From: a virus | Taxonomy: Duplodnaviria; Caudoviricetes | Strand: one strand, 5' to 3' | DNA length: 50,970 nucleotides | IMG/VR virus record: IMGVR_UViG_3300032212_000014 | Coordinates: 1-50,970 of that record | Shown here: positions 36,701 to 44,528 of the stretch, piece by piece | How positions within the stretch are numbered: position 1 is the first letter of the stretch | How the letters are laid out: every line of letters starts with the position of its first letter | The notes under the pieces: generated by a model | Database searches by the model: none | Told to the model about the DNA's origin: nothing | The model's input: only the letters and a program-made list of their open reading frames with translations | Program-made: the position numbers and the translations under genes

Positions 36701-38581
36701 GCGCGGGTAGCCGAAGCCGAGACCATGTTTTCCGAAGCGATCAATCCCTATGTGCTCACCAAGATCGGTCGCGACGATCACCTTGCCCTGGGCTCATCAA
36801 ACAAGCCCGCCAAACTTGAAACGGGCGAGGAAATCAAACGGCTCAACGATGGCCGGTATCAGGTCGGCGGGACAACCTACCGGCATATGAGCGATGCCCA
36901 GATCGATTCGACGAGCCTCTTTGTGCCCGAGCTCATTCTCGGCGCGGATTCCCGCAACGCCATCATCCCCGAACCGCTTGTAGTGGCGATGGAGCGGATG
37001 AACGACACCCTCAAACCAGGCAATATGGGTCCGATCATGGGGCTGGCGAACAAAATCACCACCTTGTTCAAGGTCTCAACGCTCTCTCACCCATCATGGA
37101 CCGTAGGAAACATCTTTGGCAACACGGTACTTGTGGCGATGGATGATCCCCGGCTCTTGACTGATCCCAAGCGTGCGATTACTTTCGCCCGCCACTTCAA
37201 AGATGCCTCTCGAATGCTTTCGAGCAACGCTTTCAAGAAGGGGTACAACCCGAATCGAACGATCATGGTTGGCGGCGGTCCCAAGAAGATCGGTGAAATC
37301 CTTGAGATGGCACGCGAGCAAGGTGTTGTGACTGGCGGCGGGCTCGCCGGCGACCTCACCCGTCAGATCATCGGCAAGCAATCTCGCCGGATCGCACCCG
37401 AGTCTGCCGCCAGCGGTGCGGGCAACTTTGCGTCCCGAACAATCGGCGGTGCTAAAGATGCCTACTCCGAACGGCTTGCCGAGCTTACTCATTTGCGTGG
37501 TGTAGGATCGGGCGCTGCCAGCGGGGCCGATAAAGCGAGAGCGGTTGCCGAAGCCGGAAAGACAGGGTTATTCAAGAAGGCCGCTACACACTGGTTCAGT
37601 GTCAATGGTATGGTTGATGATGGGTATCGGCTTGCCCACTTTATGAACCTGCTCGATGACGGATTCGATGCCGCCACCGCCGGCGATCGTACCCGTCGCG
37701 CCATGCTCAACTTTGGCGATATGACTTCGTTCGAGCGCAACTATGTCCGCCCGCTGATCCCGTTCTACGCATGGACACGGGCGTCGATGCCCAACTTCTT
37801 GATGCGGACCGTTCGCGACCCCGCCCACATTGCCGCCGTCCCCAAGTTCACCAATGCGATCGAGGAGTTTTTCGTTGGCGAGGACAAGCTCCCGCGTTGG
37901 AAGCGTCCGGGCTGGCTCCAACAAACACTCGCCGTCCAACTCACCAAAGATCCTGAATCTCGCGTAGCATTCCAGCTTGGCACATTGCTGCCCCAGGAGG
38001 GTGCCCAGCAAATCATCTCCGGCGGCTTGGGCTTGGCGGGCGTCGCTGGCTTTGATGGTCAAGACTTGATGGACACACTCAACTCGCTCTATGGCAATGC
38101 TGGCCCGGCGATTAAGATCCCCTCTGAGCTTGCCTTTGCCCGTGAATCATTTACAGGCCGATCGATCAGCGCCCGCGCCGGCGAGGGTGATATATCGCTC
38201 GATGATTACTTGTTCAAACAAGTGCGAGCGTTCAAGGAGTTTGGTATTGGTGCAAGCCGGCAAGGTCCGGTTCAACGAGCGTTTGATCAGAGTGTCGGAC
38301 AAGGTGTCGGTCGGCTCACTGTGGGCGGACGGTTCCAGGGCGGACTCTCAGAGGATAGCCGCGTGACCGCATTGCTCTTTGAGATGAAAGACCGCGAGAG
38401 CGAGCTCCGCAAGAACATCCGACGCGCAGAAAAGAACGGCGACGATGCCGCTGATCTTCGGATTGAAATGTTCAAGGTCTATGCCAACGCATTGAGCGGC
38501 GGTGTCGATCCGTCATCGATCCCCAAGTATGCCCGCGAAGAACTTGCTGCGATGGGCCTGTACGATCAGCCCTCACCATGA
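33701..38581 (+). CDS. large internal virion/ejection protein (1626 aa)
   Basis: Gly/Ala-rich and helical; C-terminal FERNYVRPLIPFYAW and ARESFTGRSI motifs typical of large polyvalent/ejection proteins. Confidence 0.7.
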   Translation: MSTLTNISPLNLSRSAITAPRAFAFDRSITPSPSPAIEQQETVKPVTLGPIPVEQSPQARVNTLKLDTAVEFNRKTTPQSVVDLRAAPRYSISQINSLSTDEIKSRMSQLDNNDRRPGWVKFLDLVDAPRNFIANTVTENFMPEAHRMAIERGDFDQFGQVKVFGSDMLRSMGIKNNVVNAVAGFLIDVATDPISFIGGPVGGLKTVGTRGAISISNRGQKVLRGGFKTLSNTGSTAGIVDDAARNLIEKTLMVGRDAGHIDDTTDAASLGAYVSNTLLGQQSKLSKAGEKVRLGGSTKGGALAEDFFDVTDDVVGLARKNGTLSPAVPGAQALGHLPGQGERVKAVKDFVAAHTNNGGFALGLSGKSGGAEIAHLPFTSKTLTAPAFNVAGIQFGNRAVVQKGIALALNGKAAGGRHLIRAAEESKDISRISDDINRLLDEKILGEQAGDDVSGVLDELINKQIELGEWHERAKVRKGQVPAGLNDLQSPETLGDFLATAQLEAAASADLRRAAASLAMSDIENGIQRGITEGTLSSSRRIRDALINEAGVKFELTPEEAFDMIAHPERRNLAMQDLIDLRTQHVDDRYADLIKLSDENLMFAESSIDGLHAVVEAAAESAKLRGGSVRRALSSDNRLMVDAAKKVMRISDDEIGVHPLSKFETMARSLGFTGWDTSIAGLGMSGAINLGGVGGIQQGVFQSIRRIAAGADDAGTAISTNFLKGRGEFAGSGGINGVAKAGGVKTGREYDLLSQWVTMKAEIALREASGFPPLVIKNTNADGAPTAAARFKQSLDAQGWLNNPEMVAKVDQLVAESQGVMLKYGEDMLARGEVDSLISAYLPSQLREGAAGRARALKQKGGVQAKIAERTSNALNDPTHGRSTNLVEFTDKDGVARSFMILESDVWRGVSDEDLLKLQTVDPQAAQRALEIRDDIRAFDEIFGADPETMRDISRPLLPFEINDYSSTGALDGLVGGPLMESEQLFETDMMKLLYNRTRSARVAEAETMFSEAINPYVLTKIGRDDHLALGSSNKPAKLETGEEIKRLNDGRYQVGGTTYRHMSDAQIDSTSLFVPELILGADSRNAIIPEPLVVAMERMNDTLKPGNMGPIMGLANKITTLFKVSTLSHPSWTVGNIFGNTVLVAMDDPRLLTDPKRAITFARHFKDASRMLSSNAFKKGYNPNRTIMVGGGPKKIGEILEMAREQGVVTGGGLAGDLTRQIIGKQSRRIAPESAASGAGNFASRTIGGAKDAYSERLAELTHLRGVGSGAASGADKARAVAEAGKTGLFKKAATHWFSVNGMVDDGYRLAHFMNLLDDGFDAATAGDRTRRAMLNFGDMTSFERNYVRPLIPFYAWTRASMPNFLMRTVRDPAHIAAVPKFTNAIEEFFVGEDKLPRWKRPGWLQQTLAVQLTKDPESRVAFQLGTLLPQEGAQQIISGGLGLAGVAGFDGQDLMDTLNSLYGNAGPAIKIPSELAFARESFTGRSISARAGEGDISLDDYLFKQVRAFKEFGIGASRQGPVQRAFDQSVGQGVGRLTVGGRFQGGLSEDSRVTALLFEMKDRESELRKNIRRAEKNGDDAADLRIEMFKVYANALSGGVDPSSIPKYAREELAAMGLYDQPSP

Positions 38582-38746
38582 GTTGCCGTGCATGTCCGAC
38601 GACGCGCCGCCAACGATGCTGATCAGCAAGAACGCGATCCCTAAAAAACCGACACCGAATATTCCCGCCCAGATATACCATGGAAGCGGATCATGTTTCG
38701 ATGGTACAACCGGTTCTTTGTTTGCATGTAAATCATCACCCATCAT
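38573..38746 (-). CDS. small single-TM protein, antisense to the late operon
   Basis: AAGGGG RBS then MMGDD...WYIWAGIFGVGFLGIAFLLISIVGG. Confidence 0.55.
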   Translation of the reverse strand: MMGDDLHANKEPVVPSKHDPLPWYIWAGIFGVGFLGIAFLLISIVGGASSDMHGNSW

Positions 38747-38840
38747 CAATCCCCTTATGTAAGCGTCACACAAACCGTACCATGCGCCGCTCGTCGAATC
38801 AAGGGTAGAACGCCATGAAGGGGAGTTTGTTGTTGAAGAG

Positions 38841-38855
38841 TGTCATAATGTGACA
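38841..38855. promoter_or_regulatory. palindromic operator-like site, copy 3
   Basis: (G)TGTCAT AAT GTGACA(C) between divergent genes. Confidence 0.65.
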
Positions 38856-38882
38856 CCCAAACACTGATTCTGATCTCCCAGC

Positions 38883-38930
38883 TTGCACAAGGGGCATATT
38901 TCGCATAGCATGTTTGTGTTCACTAACTTA
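38883..38930 (+). promoter_or_regulatory. putative promoter plus CTAAC motif for the terminal block
   Basis: TTGCAC-17-TAGCAT then GTGTTCACTAACTTA, same offset as at 15978. Confidence 0.55.
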
Positions 38931-38943
38931 CACGGAGCCTGCT

Positions 38944-39537
38944 GTGAAAAATCGCAAATCCACCACTCTCATAGTCCTTGCTGTCCTGTGTTTGCCGATC
39001 CTCTCGGGATGCTCGGACGACCAACTACGCGATCGCGCAGATAGACTTCAAAGCGCAGCCAATCGCATCGAGTCTGTGCTGGACACCTATCAAACTGACC
39101 AGATCGAAGAGAGCGTGCTTGCCGAGGCGATCGTCGAAGCATTGCCTGAGTCATGGCGTGAAGCCGGCGACAACACCATTGGTGTTCTTGGTGATGCTCG
39201 CGAAGCTGGACAGCTCATCATCACTAAGCTCAATGAAGCATCGGCATCGCTTGAAGCTCAGGCTAACCTTGAAGCCACCGAGACCGAGAACGCAGTCTTT
39301 GGTGTTATGTCTGTTGCCGATCTTTTACTAGGTACGAATGGGCTGATTGCTGGCATTGCTGGATTGCTCTGGCGCAAGAAGTCCAAAGCCGAGCAGGCGA
39401 CCGAGGACATTGTTACCTCTATTCAATCGAGCCCGATCATGCGGAAAGCGATTGATGAAGGTGGCGGGGATCAAGTCCGTGCCTCCATGCCATCGGCGAC
39501 TATGCGAGTAGTCAAGAAAATCAAAGCCACAACCTGA
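38944..39537 (+). CDS. lipoprotein with C-terminal hydrophobic helix (u-spanin-like topology)
   Basis: GTG start after GGAG; KNRKSTTLIVLAVLCLPILSG-C lipobox; LLLGTNGLIAGIAGLLW followed by RKK. Confidence 0.7.
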   Translation: MKNRKSTTLIVLAVLCLPILSGCSDDQLRDRADRLQSAANRIESVLDTYQTDQIEESVLAEAIVEALPESWREAGDNTIGVLGDAREAGQLIITKLNEASASLEAQANLEATETENAVFGVMSVADLLLGTNGLIAGIAGLLWRKKSKAEQATEDIVTSIQSSPIMRKAIDEGGGDQVRASMPSATMRVVKKIKATT

Positions 39538-39546
39538 TCCCTCATC

Positions 39547-39590
39547 GGCCTCTCCGGTTCATCGTCACCTGTGAACCGGAGGGGTTTTTT
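39547..39590 (+). terminator. intrinsic terminator
   Basis: CTCCGGTTCAT/GTGAACCGGAG stem followed by TTTTTT. Confidence 0.85.
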
Positions 39591-39642
39591 AGAATCACTC
39601 GAACTCTCACACCCACTCAAACACCATTATGGAGATCATACA

Positions 39643-40092
39643 ATGGCAGCCAAGAAAACAGACCAAAGCCAACTCAACCGCGCCGCACTCAAGCTCTTTT
39701 CCGATCCAGGCGAAGCGACAACAACCGGGCAGGTTGATGCGCTCCAACGATTGTCCAGCAGCTACACACACTGCGCCAACGACATCATTGAAACCCTTTC
39801 GCCAGGCATCGACCGTGATCAAGCAATCAAATATCTGCAATCCTCATCCTTGTTCTCGCGGCAATCAGTGATGAACAATGCCAAGAACCATGGCGGCACC
39901 AAGCTCGATCAGGCCAGTGCATCTGAGATCCAGTTTGCTCTCGATAGTCAACTTGATATCAACAAGACACTCGGCGAATCAAATGAAAGATTGAGCGCCG
40001 AAAACGCCAAGCTCAAAGACTATATCGAGCTGCATGTCAAGCCAAGCGAACCCGAAGACACCACTAAGGATAACGCCGAAGACAGCGCCTGA
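39643..40092 (+). CDS. protein with putative Acb2/Tad1-like helical hairpin plus coiled coil
   Basis: GQVDALQRL...CANDIIETLSPGIDRDQAIKYLQSSSLFSRQSV; GGAGA RBS. Confidence 0.5.
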   Translation: MAAKKTDQSQLNRAALKLFSDPGEATTTGQVDALQRLSSSYTHCANDIIETLSPGIDRDQAIKYLQSSSLFSRQSVMNNAKNHGGTKLDQASASEIQFALDSQLDINKTLGESNERLSAENAKLKDYIELHVKPSEPEDTTKDNAEDSA

Positions 40093-40102
40093 GACAGACA
40101 CC

Positions 40103-40155
40103 AACCCTTCCCCTGATCCAAGCGCATGGACGCGTCTGGGGGGAGGGTTCTTTTT
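40103..40155 (+). terminator. intrinsic terminator
   Basis: AACCCTTCCCCT/GGGGGGAGGGTT stem followed by CTTTTT. Confidence 0.75.
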
Positions 40156-40167
40156 CTAGTCACACCC

Positions 40168-40746
40168 ATGATTTCCAATGCGATCAAAAACCATGATCAC
40201 TTGAAAGACATCACTGTCTCGGACTTCCTGGATTTCTTCTGGAAGGAATGCGTCACCGGCGCGTCGCTGGTGGACATGGACAACAAATGGGTCTCCCCGA
40301 ACCCCAAGATATGCGGGCTGCTGGGGTATCCAGCCTCTCGGCTCGAAGAGATGACTTGGAGAGATGTGACGATCGAGCCGGATCGCGCAGAGGACATGAT
40401 TGCGGTCAGGGCAGTAATCACCGGCGAGATGTCGCACTATGTGATGGACAAAACATATCAGGCTCGCGGTGGGTCGCTGATCCGTGCTCGCCTGACTGTG
40501 AAGCCGATCCGGGGCGCAAATAGAGATGTGGCGATGCTGCTTAGTCAGGTGCAAGAGATCGACGGGGTGCCGGTCGGAGCAGCCGACGAGTTGCGGGTGG
40601 TGTGGGACTTTGTTGGAAAGCACAAGAAATCGCTCGGCCTGTTAGGGATGACATACACCGTGGGAGTGGCGCTCGCGGGAGACAGCGCACTCGTCTGGTT
40701 CAAGTCGGTGATCGAAGTGGTGACCAGCCTCGGAAGCGGTGGATGA
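40168..40746 (+). CDS. PAS domain protein with C-terminal membrane segment
   Basis: GASLVDMDNKWVSPNPKICGLLGY...TWRDVT.EPD...DKTYQARGGSLIRARLTVKPIR...SQVQEI is a PAS/PAC pattern; hydrophobic tail. Confidence 0.85.
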   Translation: MISNAIKNHDHLKDITVSDFLDFFWKECVTGASLVDMDNKWVSPNPKICGLLGYPASRLEEMTWRDVTIEPDRAEDMIAVRAVITGEMSHYVMDKTYQARGGSLIRARLTVKPIRGANRDVAMLLSQVQEIDGVPVGAADELRVVWDFVGKHKKSLGLLGMTYTVGVALAGDSALVWFKSVIEVVTSLGSGG

Positions 40747-40807
40747 AACAGATGAACGAAGTGAGTAGATCCATGAAAAAGAATCGATCCAAGCAAAGAG
40801 GCAACCA

Positions 40808-41242
40808 ATGAAGCACGCCTTCGCACTTTCCATCCCAATCGCTGCAACCCTGATCCTCGCACCAGAAGCAACACGGCCAACCCCCACAACGATCATCGTC
40901 ACCGGCACAGAGTACGCTGGTGTGCAACCCTTCGACGGCTCCGTTGACACCACCGAGGGCACGCAACTGGTCAACGGCATCGTACAGACCGACGATGGGC
41001 GGATCATCTACACAGTCGATCCAATGACCGACTACACGGTCTACGCATTCGCACCAGCAATCGGTGACGAACCACGCGAGCGGATTGATGTTGATCTACC
41101 CGTCAGCGCCGAGAACCGACTCGATTGGATCGTCTACAACCGGATCATCTGGGAGCGGGCGATGGATGCTGAAAACGCAACTTACTTTCAAATCATGGAA
41201 TCCGTGCAGCGGGTTGAGGCCATGTTGGAGGAATCAGAATGA
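40808..41242 (+). CDS. hypothetical protein with signal peptide-like N-terminus
   Basis: MKHAFALSIPIAATLILA; GAGG RBS. Confidence 0.65.
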   Translation: MKHAFALSIPIAATLILAPEATRPTPTTIIVTGTEYAGVQPFDGSVDTTEGTQLVNGIVQTDDGRIIYTVDPMTDYTVYAFAPAIGDEPRERIDVDLPVSAENRLDWIVYNRIIWERAMDAENATYFQIMESVQRVEAMLEESE

Positions 41243-42534
41243 GTACCCCGCTCAATGAAAATCTCGACACTACCGTTTTGCCGACAAGAGCATTGGACTT
41301 GCTCACCAAAGTAGGAACCGTGGGTGACTCTCAGTCAATCCGAACCCAAGAAACATGGGTGGGGCAAACTCAAAAGTGGGATATGCAGCATGTAGGCATG
41401 TTCGTTTCCGGTGCATCCCAGCAGTCAGTTGGGCACTACTTCTCACCGAACACAGTAGCGGGCCTGACTAACTCCCAGCTCGGGATGGGGTCAGCATGGA
41501 ACGACGGGAACACCAGCGATCACCTTGCATGGTCGCGTGAATGGCAGCAAGGGTCTGCGATCGGTAACTACACAAACCACGGCGTTTATGGACTCACAAC
41601 CGGCGGCTTTGAAAACGCCTTCGACTTCAACACACGCAAGAACAGCCGTACACTGGTTCGGTTTGAAGGATCATCTGCGGGCGAGACATACGAGCGAATG
41701 CGGATCTATGAATATCGCGGGTCAACCCGTGGGGCTGCATCCGATGTAGGGTGGACGAACGGATCGTCAGTCGTCGATGACCCGTTGTTTACCACGCCGG
41801 GAATCTATCTGGTAAACCATGAAATCCGCCCAGCGGGAACATTCGGTACATCGGGCCAGATCCCCGTCGGTATCCAGGTGACAGACAACAACAAGAACGA
41901 CGCGAACCGGGATTTGCAGATCCTCGGATCACTCGTCTACAACTCGCCTTCGGGTGAAGATTTCCCATCTACGGGACTGGTTCTTTGTCATACGGCACAA
42001 CCCAGCTACTCGGCTTACGACCTAGTGAACAGGCAGTCGGCAGCAGCGAGAGCAGCGATGTGTAATCTCGTTGATGGGTTTGATCTCATGATCTTCATGC
42101 TCGGCCACAACAACGAGGATTCAGGCACATACAGCGACAATATGACTTCGCTGATCAATGCTTGGAAAACGGCACATACTGACGAGGGATATTCGGTACC
42201 GGATATCTTGTGTATCGCTCCGTGGGCCGCGACAGGTTCAAACATGGATGCTACAAAGGCGAGCGATCTTCATCTGCTTTGCCGGGCCGGTGGGTACGGG
42301 TTCATCAACCTATGGGAGTCATACGGCGGGGTGACACCTGACGGGCGGACAGAACGGCTCGACGGGGTATCGGCCACCTACGCACTCGACCCGATCCATC
42401 CTGATGATGTAACGACAGCGACAGCGATTGCAAAGGACATCGAATGGCATTTCCAGTCTGACAACTGGATTAGAACAGTGTCGCCAACCCGCATACGAGC
42501 ACGGCAACTTCGGAACATCAATCGCGTGCGATGA
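41239..42534 (+). CDS. SGNH/GDSL hydrolase-family protein
   Basis: VGDSQS (block I), LGHNN (block III) and DPIHP (block V). Confidence 0.75.
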   Translation: MSTPLNENLDTTVLPTRALDLLTKVGTVGDSQSIRTQETWVGQTQKWDMQHVGMFVSGASQQSVGHYFSPNTVAGLTNSQLGMGSAWNDGNTSDHLAWSREWQQGSAIGNYTNHGVYGLTTGGFENAFDFNTRKNSRTLVRFEGSSAGETYERMRIYEYRGSTRGAASDVGWTNGSSVVDDPLFTTPGIYLVNHEIRPAGTFGTSGQIPVGIQVTDNNKNDANRDLQILGSLVYNSPSGEDFPSTGLVLCHTAQPSYSAYDLVNRQSAAARAAMCNLVDGFDLMIFMLGHNNEDSGTYSDNMTSLINAWKTAHTDEGYSVPDILCIAPWAATGSNMDATKASDLHLLCRAGGYGFINLWESYGGVTPDGRTERLDGVSATYALDPIHPDDVTTATAIAKDIEWHFQSDNWIRTVSPTRIRARQLRNINRVR

Positions 42535-42804
42535 TTTGAGCGTGAATGCTTTGATCAGTGGTGAAGCCTGAGCGCAGCAACCCCGCATTGGGAGTTGCAA
42601 GCGTTTGATCAGCGGAGCCGCCGTCGCTTTGCCCTGGATTCTTTACGCCATTCCAGTTCACCTAGCGCCCGCCTAGCACCTACATGGGTACATGGTTTGT
42701 CCGTGTCACCTTGACCTACGACGGGATTTGGTGCTACAGAGCCGCACCTGGCTTGTCCGCTGCCCGCAGGCTCATGCCGGGCGGACGCCGGCGCTAATAT
42801 GTGC

Positions 42805-42819
42805 TGTCAATATGTGACA
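42805..42819. promoter_or_regulatory. palindromic operator-like site, copy 4
   Basis: TGTCAA TAT GTGACA directly after the ssb stop. Confidence 0.55.
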
Positions 42820-42820
42820 C

Positions 42821-43273
42821 TCAAAAGGGAATGTCGTCGTGATCGATGGTCGTTGATCCACCACCCCCACCACCTTGCGGCGCAGATCCTGAGCGAGCGT
42901 ATCCGCCTCCACTCCCGCCGCCGGAGTTGCCTCCGTCTTGTCCCGCGTCAATAAACTGGAAGTTCTCAACGACGATCGATAGCTTTGATCGCTTCCCTCC
43001 CTCGTTCTTGTCCTCCCACTGATCGAGCTTGAGGCGGCCCTCAATGAACACAGGGCGGCCTCGCTCAAGATACTGAGCCATCACCTCTGCGGTGCGTCCC
43101 CACGCTTCACAGTCAACGAAGGTGACTTCCTCGCGCTGCTCACCTGATTGGGTCTTGAACTTGCGGTTTACTGCGAGTCCGAAGTTGCCAACGGCGGTGT
43201 TTCCTGATGTGTGTCTGATCTCGATATCACGCGTCATGTTTCCCATGAGCATGACTTTGTTGAATGATGCCAT
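42821..43273 (-). CDS. ssb: single-stranded DNA-binding protein
   Basis: MASFNKVMLMGNMTRD...FVDCEAWGRTAE...IEGRLKLDQW...Gly-rich linker...DDIPF. Confidence 0.97.
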   Translation of the reverse strand: MASFNKVMLMGNMTRDIEIRHTSGNTAVGNFGLAVNRKFKTQSGEQREEVTFVDCEAWGRTAEVMAQYLERGRPVFIEGRLKLDQWEDKNEGGKRSKLSIVVENFQFIDAGQDGGNSGGGSGGGYARSGSAPQGGGGGGSTTIDHDDIPF

Positions 43274-43332
43274 TTGATTTCCTTTGTGTGATTAAACCAT
43301 TTTGCCGACTTCAGCAAGATGGTATTGAGTTT

Positions 43333-43746
43333 TCAAGGATTACTTGACGAGTGGGCGTATCTGAGTGCGTCGGGGAGTGAGTTCTTGATGAGATACGCAT
43401 TGTCTATCTCCCTCACTAAATGCGGGCTATACCTTGTGTAGTCGGGGCCTTTAGCCAGAAGCCACCCTCGCTCAAGCAACCATTCCTCCGCGATGCCGCG
43501 AGCGATGTGTAGAGCGTGATGCTCTGCCATAGTCCCTCTGAACTCATATTCATCGGTGTATCCCCACCCATGCTCATCTTGAGACAGGTGTGTGTCTTCC
43601 CATATCCCGATCTCCGTCATGATTTCGTACAGCTCGTTGAGTTCTTGTGTGTCAGTCATTGGGTCGCACTTTGTACCCATTTGATGCCTCCGCTTACATT
43701 TTGAACATGTGTAGTTATGTATATCATCCACCCTCCACCTCCTCAA
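43333..43746 (-). CDS. hypothetical protein (start uncertain: 43731 or 43659)
   Basis: ORF in the leftward operon. Confidence 0.55.
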   Translation of the reverse strand: MRRWRVDDIHNYTCSKCKRRHQMGTKCDPMTDTQELNELYEIMTEIGIWEDTHLSQDEHGWGYTDEYEFRGTMAEHHALHIARGIAEEWLLERGWLLAKGPDYTRYSPHLVREIDNAYLIKNSLPDALRYAHSSSNP

Positions 43747-44152
43747 TCCCCATCACCTTCGCAGCGAGCCGGACGACGGCGTATCGGAAAGTGGGGCCTG
43801 ATGTTTCATTGAAAATCCAGAAGTCATCCCCCTTGTCTGTGTCGAAGATCATCCATCCCCCATCACCACCGTCCGGTAGCATCGCGTAGTGTTTCCCCAT
43901 GCTATTCAGAGTGTGTCGCAACAACTCTAACGCTGCCGATTCGTCATCGCGGGGGTCATTTTCGTAATAGTCTTTGGTATCAGGGTGGTCTCTTGTGGAT
44001 GCCCATACCTCTCCGTTCTCAATCCAGAAACGGTTGTAGTAGTCTGTATATTTTCCGGTTGGTGGATTCACTGCTTCATACCACTTCGCCACCACCTCCC
44101 CCGTAATCTCATCACTCGGTCGTGTCATCCCAGTCGTTGCATCGCTTGCCAT
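43724..44152 (-). CDS. hypothetical protein
   Basis: Start MASDATT after AAAGGA RBS. Confidence 0.65.
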   Translation of the reverse strand: MASDATTGMTRPSDEITGEVVAKWYEAVNPPTGKYTDYYNRFWIENGEVWASTRDHPDTKDYYENDPRDDESAALELLRHTLNSMGKHYAMLPDGGDGGWMIFDTDKGDDFWIFNETSGPTFRYAVVRLAAKVMGIEEVEGG

Positions 44153-44361
44153 TGCTTGTCCTTTCTTGTTTGAATCTGTGAGGGTTTGTGTTTGCCGTAG
44201 ACCAGAATCGCATCGACCGTCACCCACTTGTCGGGTCGGATTTTCATGTGGATCGTTTCCCACTTCTCCCGCAGTTCCTTTGCACCGATCCGGCAGTGTC
44301 GCCTGTCAGGTTGAACACTCGGTCGTGTATCTGTCGTGGACTCACTTGGTTGGTTGGTCAT
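44125..44361 (-). CDS. hypothetical protein
   Basis: 78-aa ORF, ATGA-coupled. Confidence 0.45.
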   Translation of the reverse strand: MTNQPSESTTDTRPSVQPDRRHCRIGAKELREKWETIHMKIRPDKWVTVDAILVYGKHKPSQIQTRKDKQWQAMQRLG

Positions 44362-44501
44362 TGGGTTATCCTTTCTTTCTCCACGATCACAGGTCCAGCC
44401 AGCGTCATCACTTCAACAGTTGATTTGTTTACCCGAATCACAAGGGCATCCATTTCGCCGTGTTCTGGATGATTTACTTTTACTTCATCTCCAGTATTCA
44501 C
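44358..44501 (-). CDS. 47-aa SH3/KOW-like small protein (absent from the ORF track)
   Basis: GGAGG RBS, GTG start; MNTGDEVKVNHPEHGEMDALVIRVNKSTVEVMTLAGPVIVEKERITQ. Confidence 0.6.
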   Translation of the reverse strand: MNTGDEVKVNHPEHGEMDALVIRVNKSTVEVMTLAGPVIVEKERITQ

Positions 44502-44528
44502 TCCCCACCTCCCACTCTACTTGTCACG

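Noticed and set aside
29303-38581. Diversity-generating retroelement or invertible tail cassette
   Set aside because: No reverse transcriptase, TR/VR pair or flanking inverted repeats were seen.
33701-38581. Tape measure protein or virion RNA polymerase
   Set aside because: No preceding tail tube/chaperone pair and no polymerase motifs were recognised; the C-terminal motifs fit an ejection protein.
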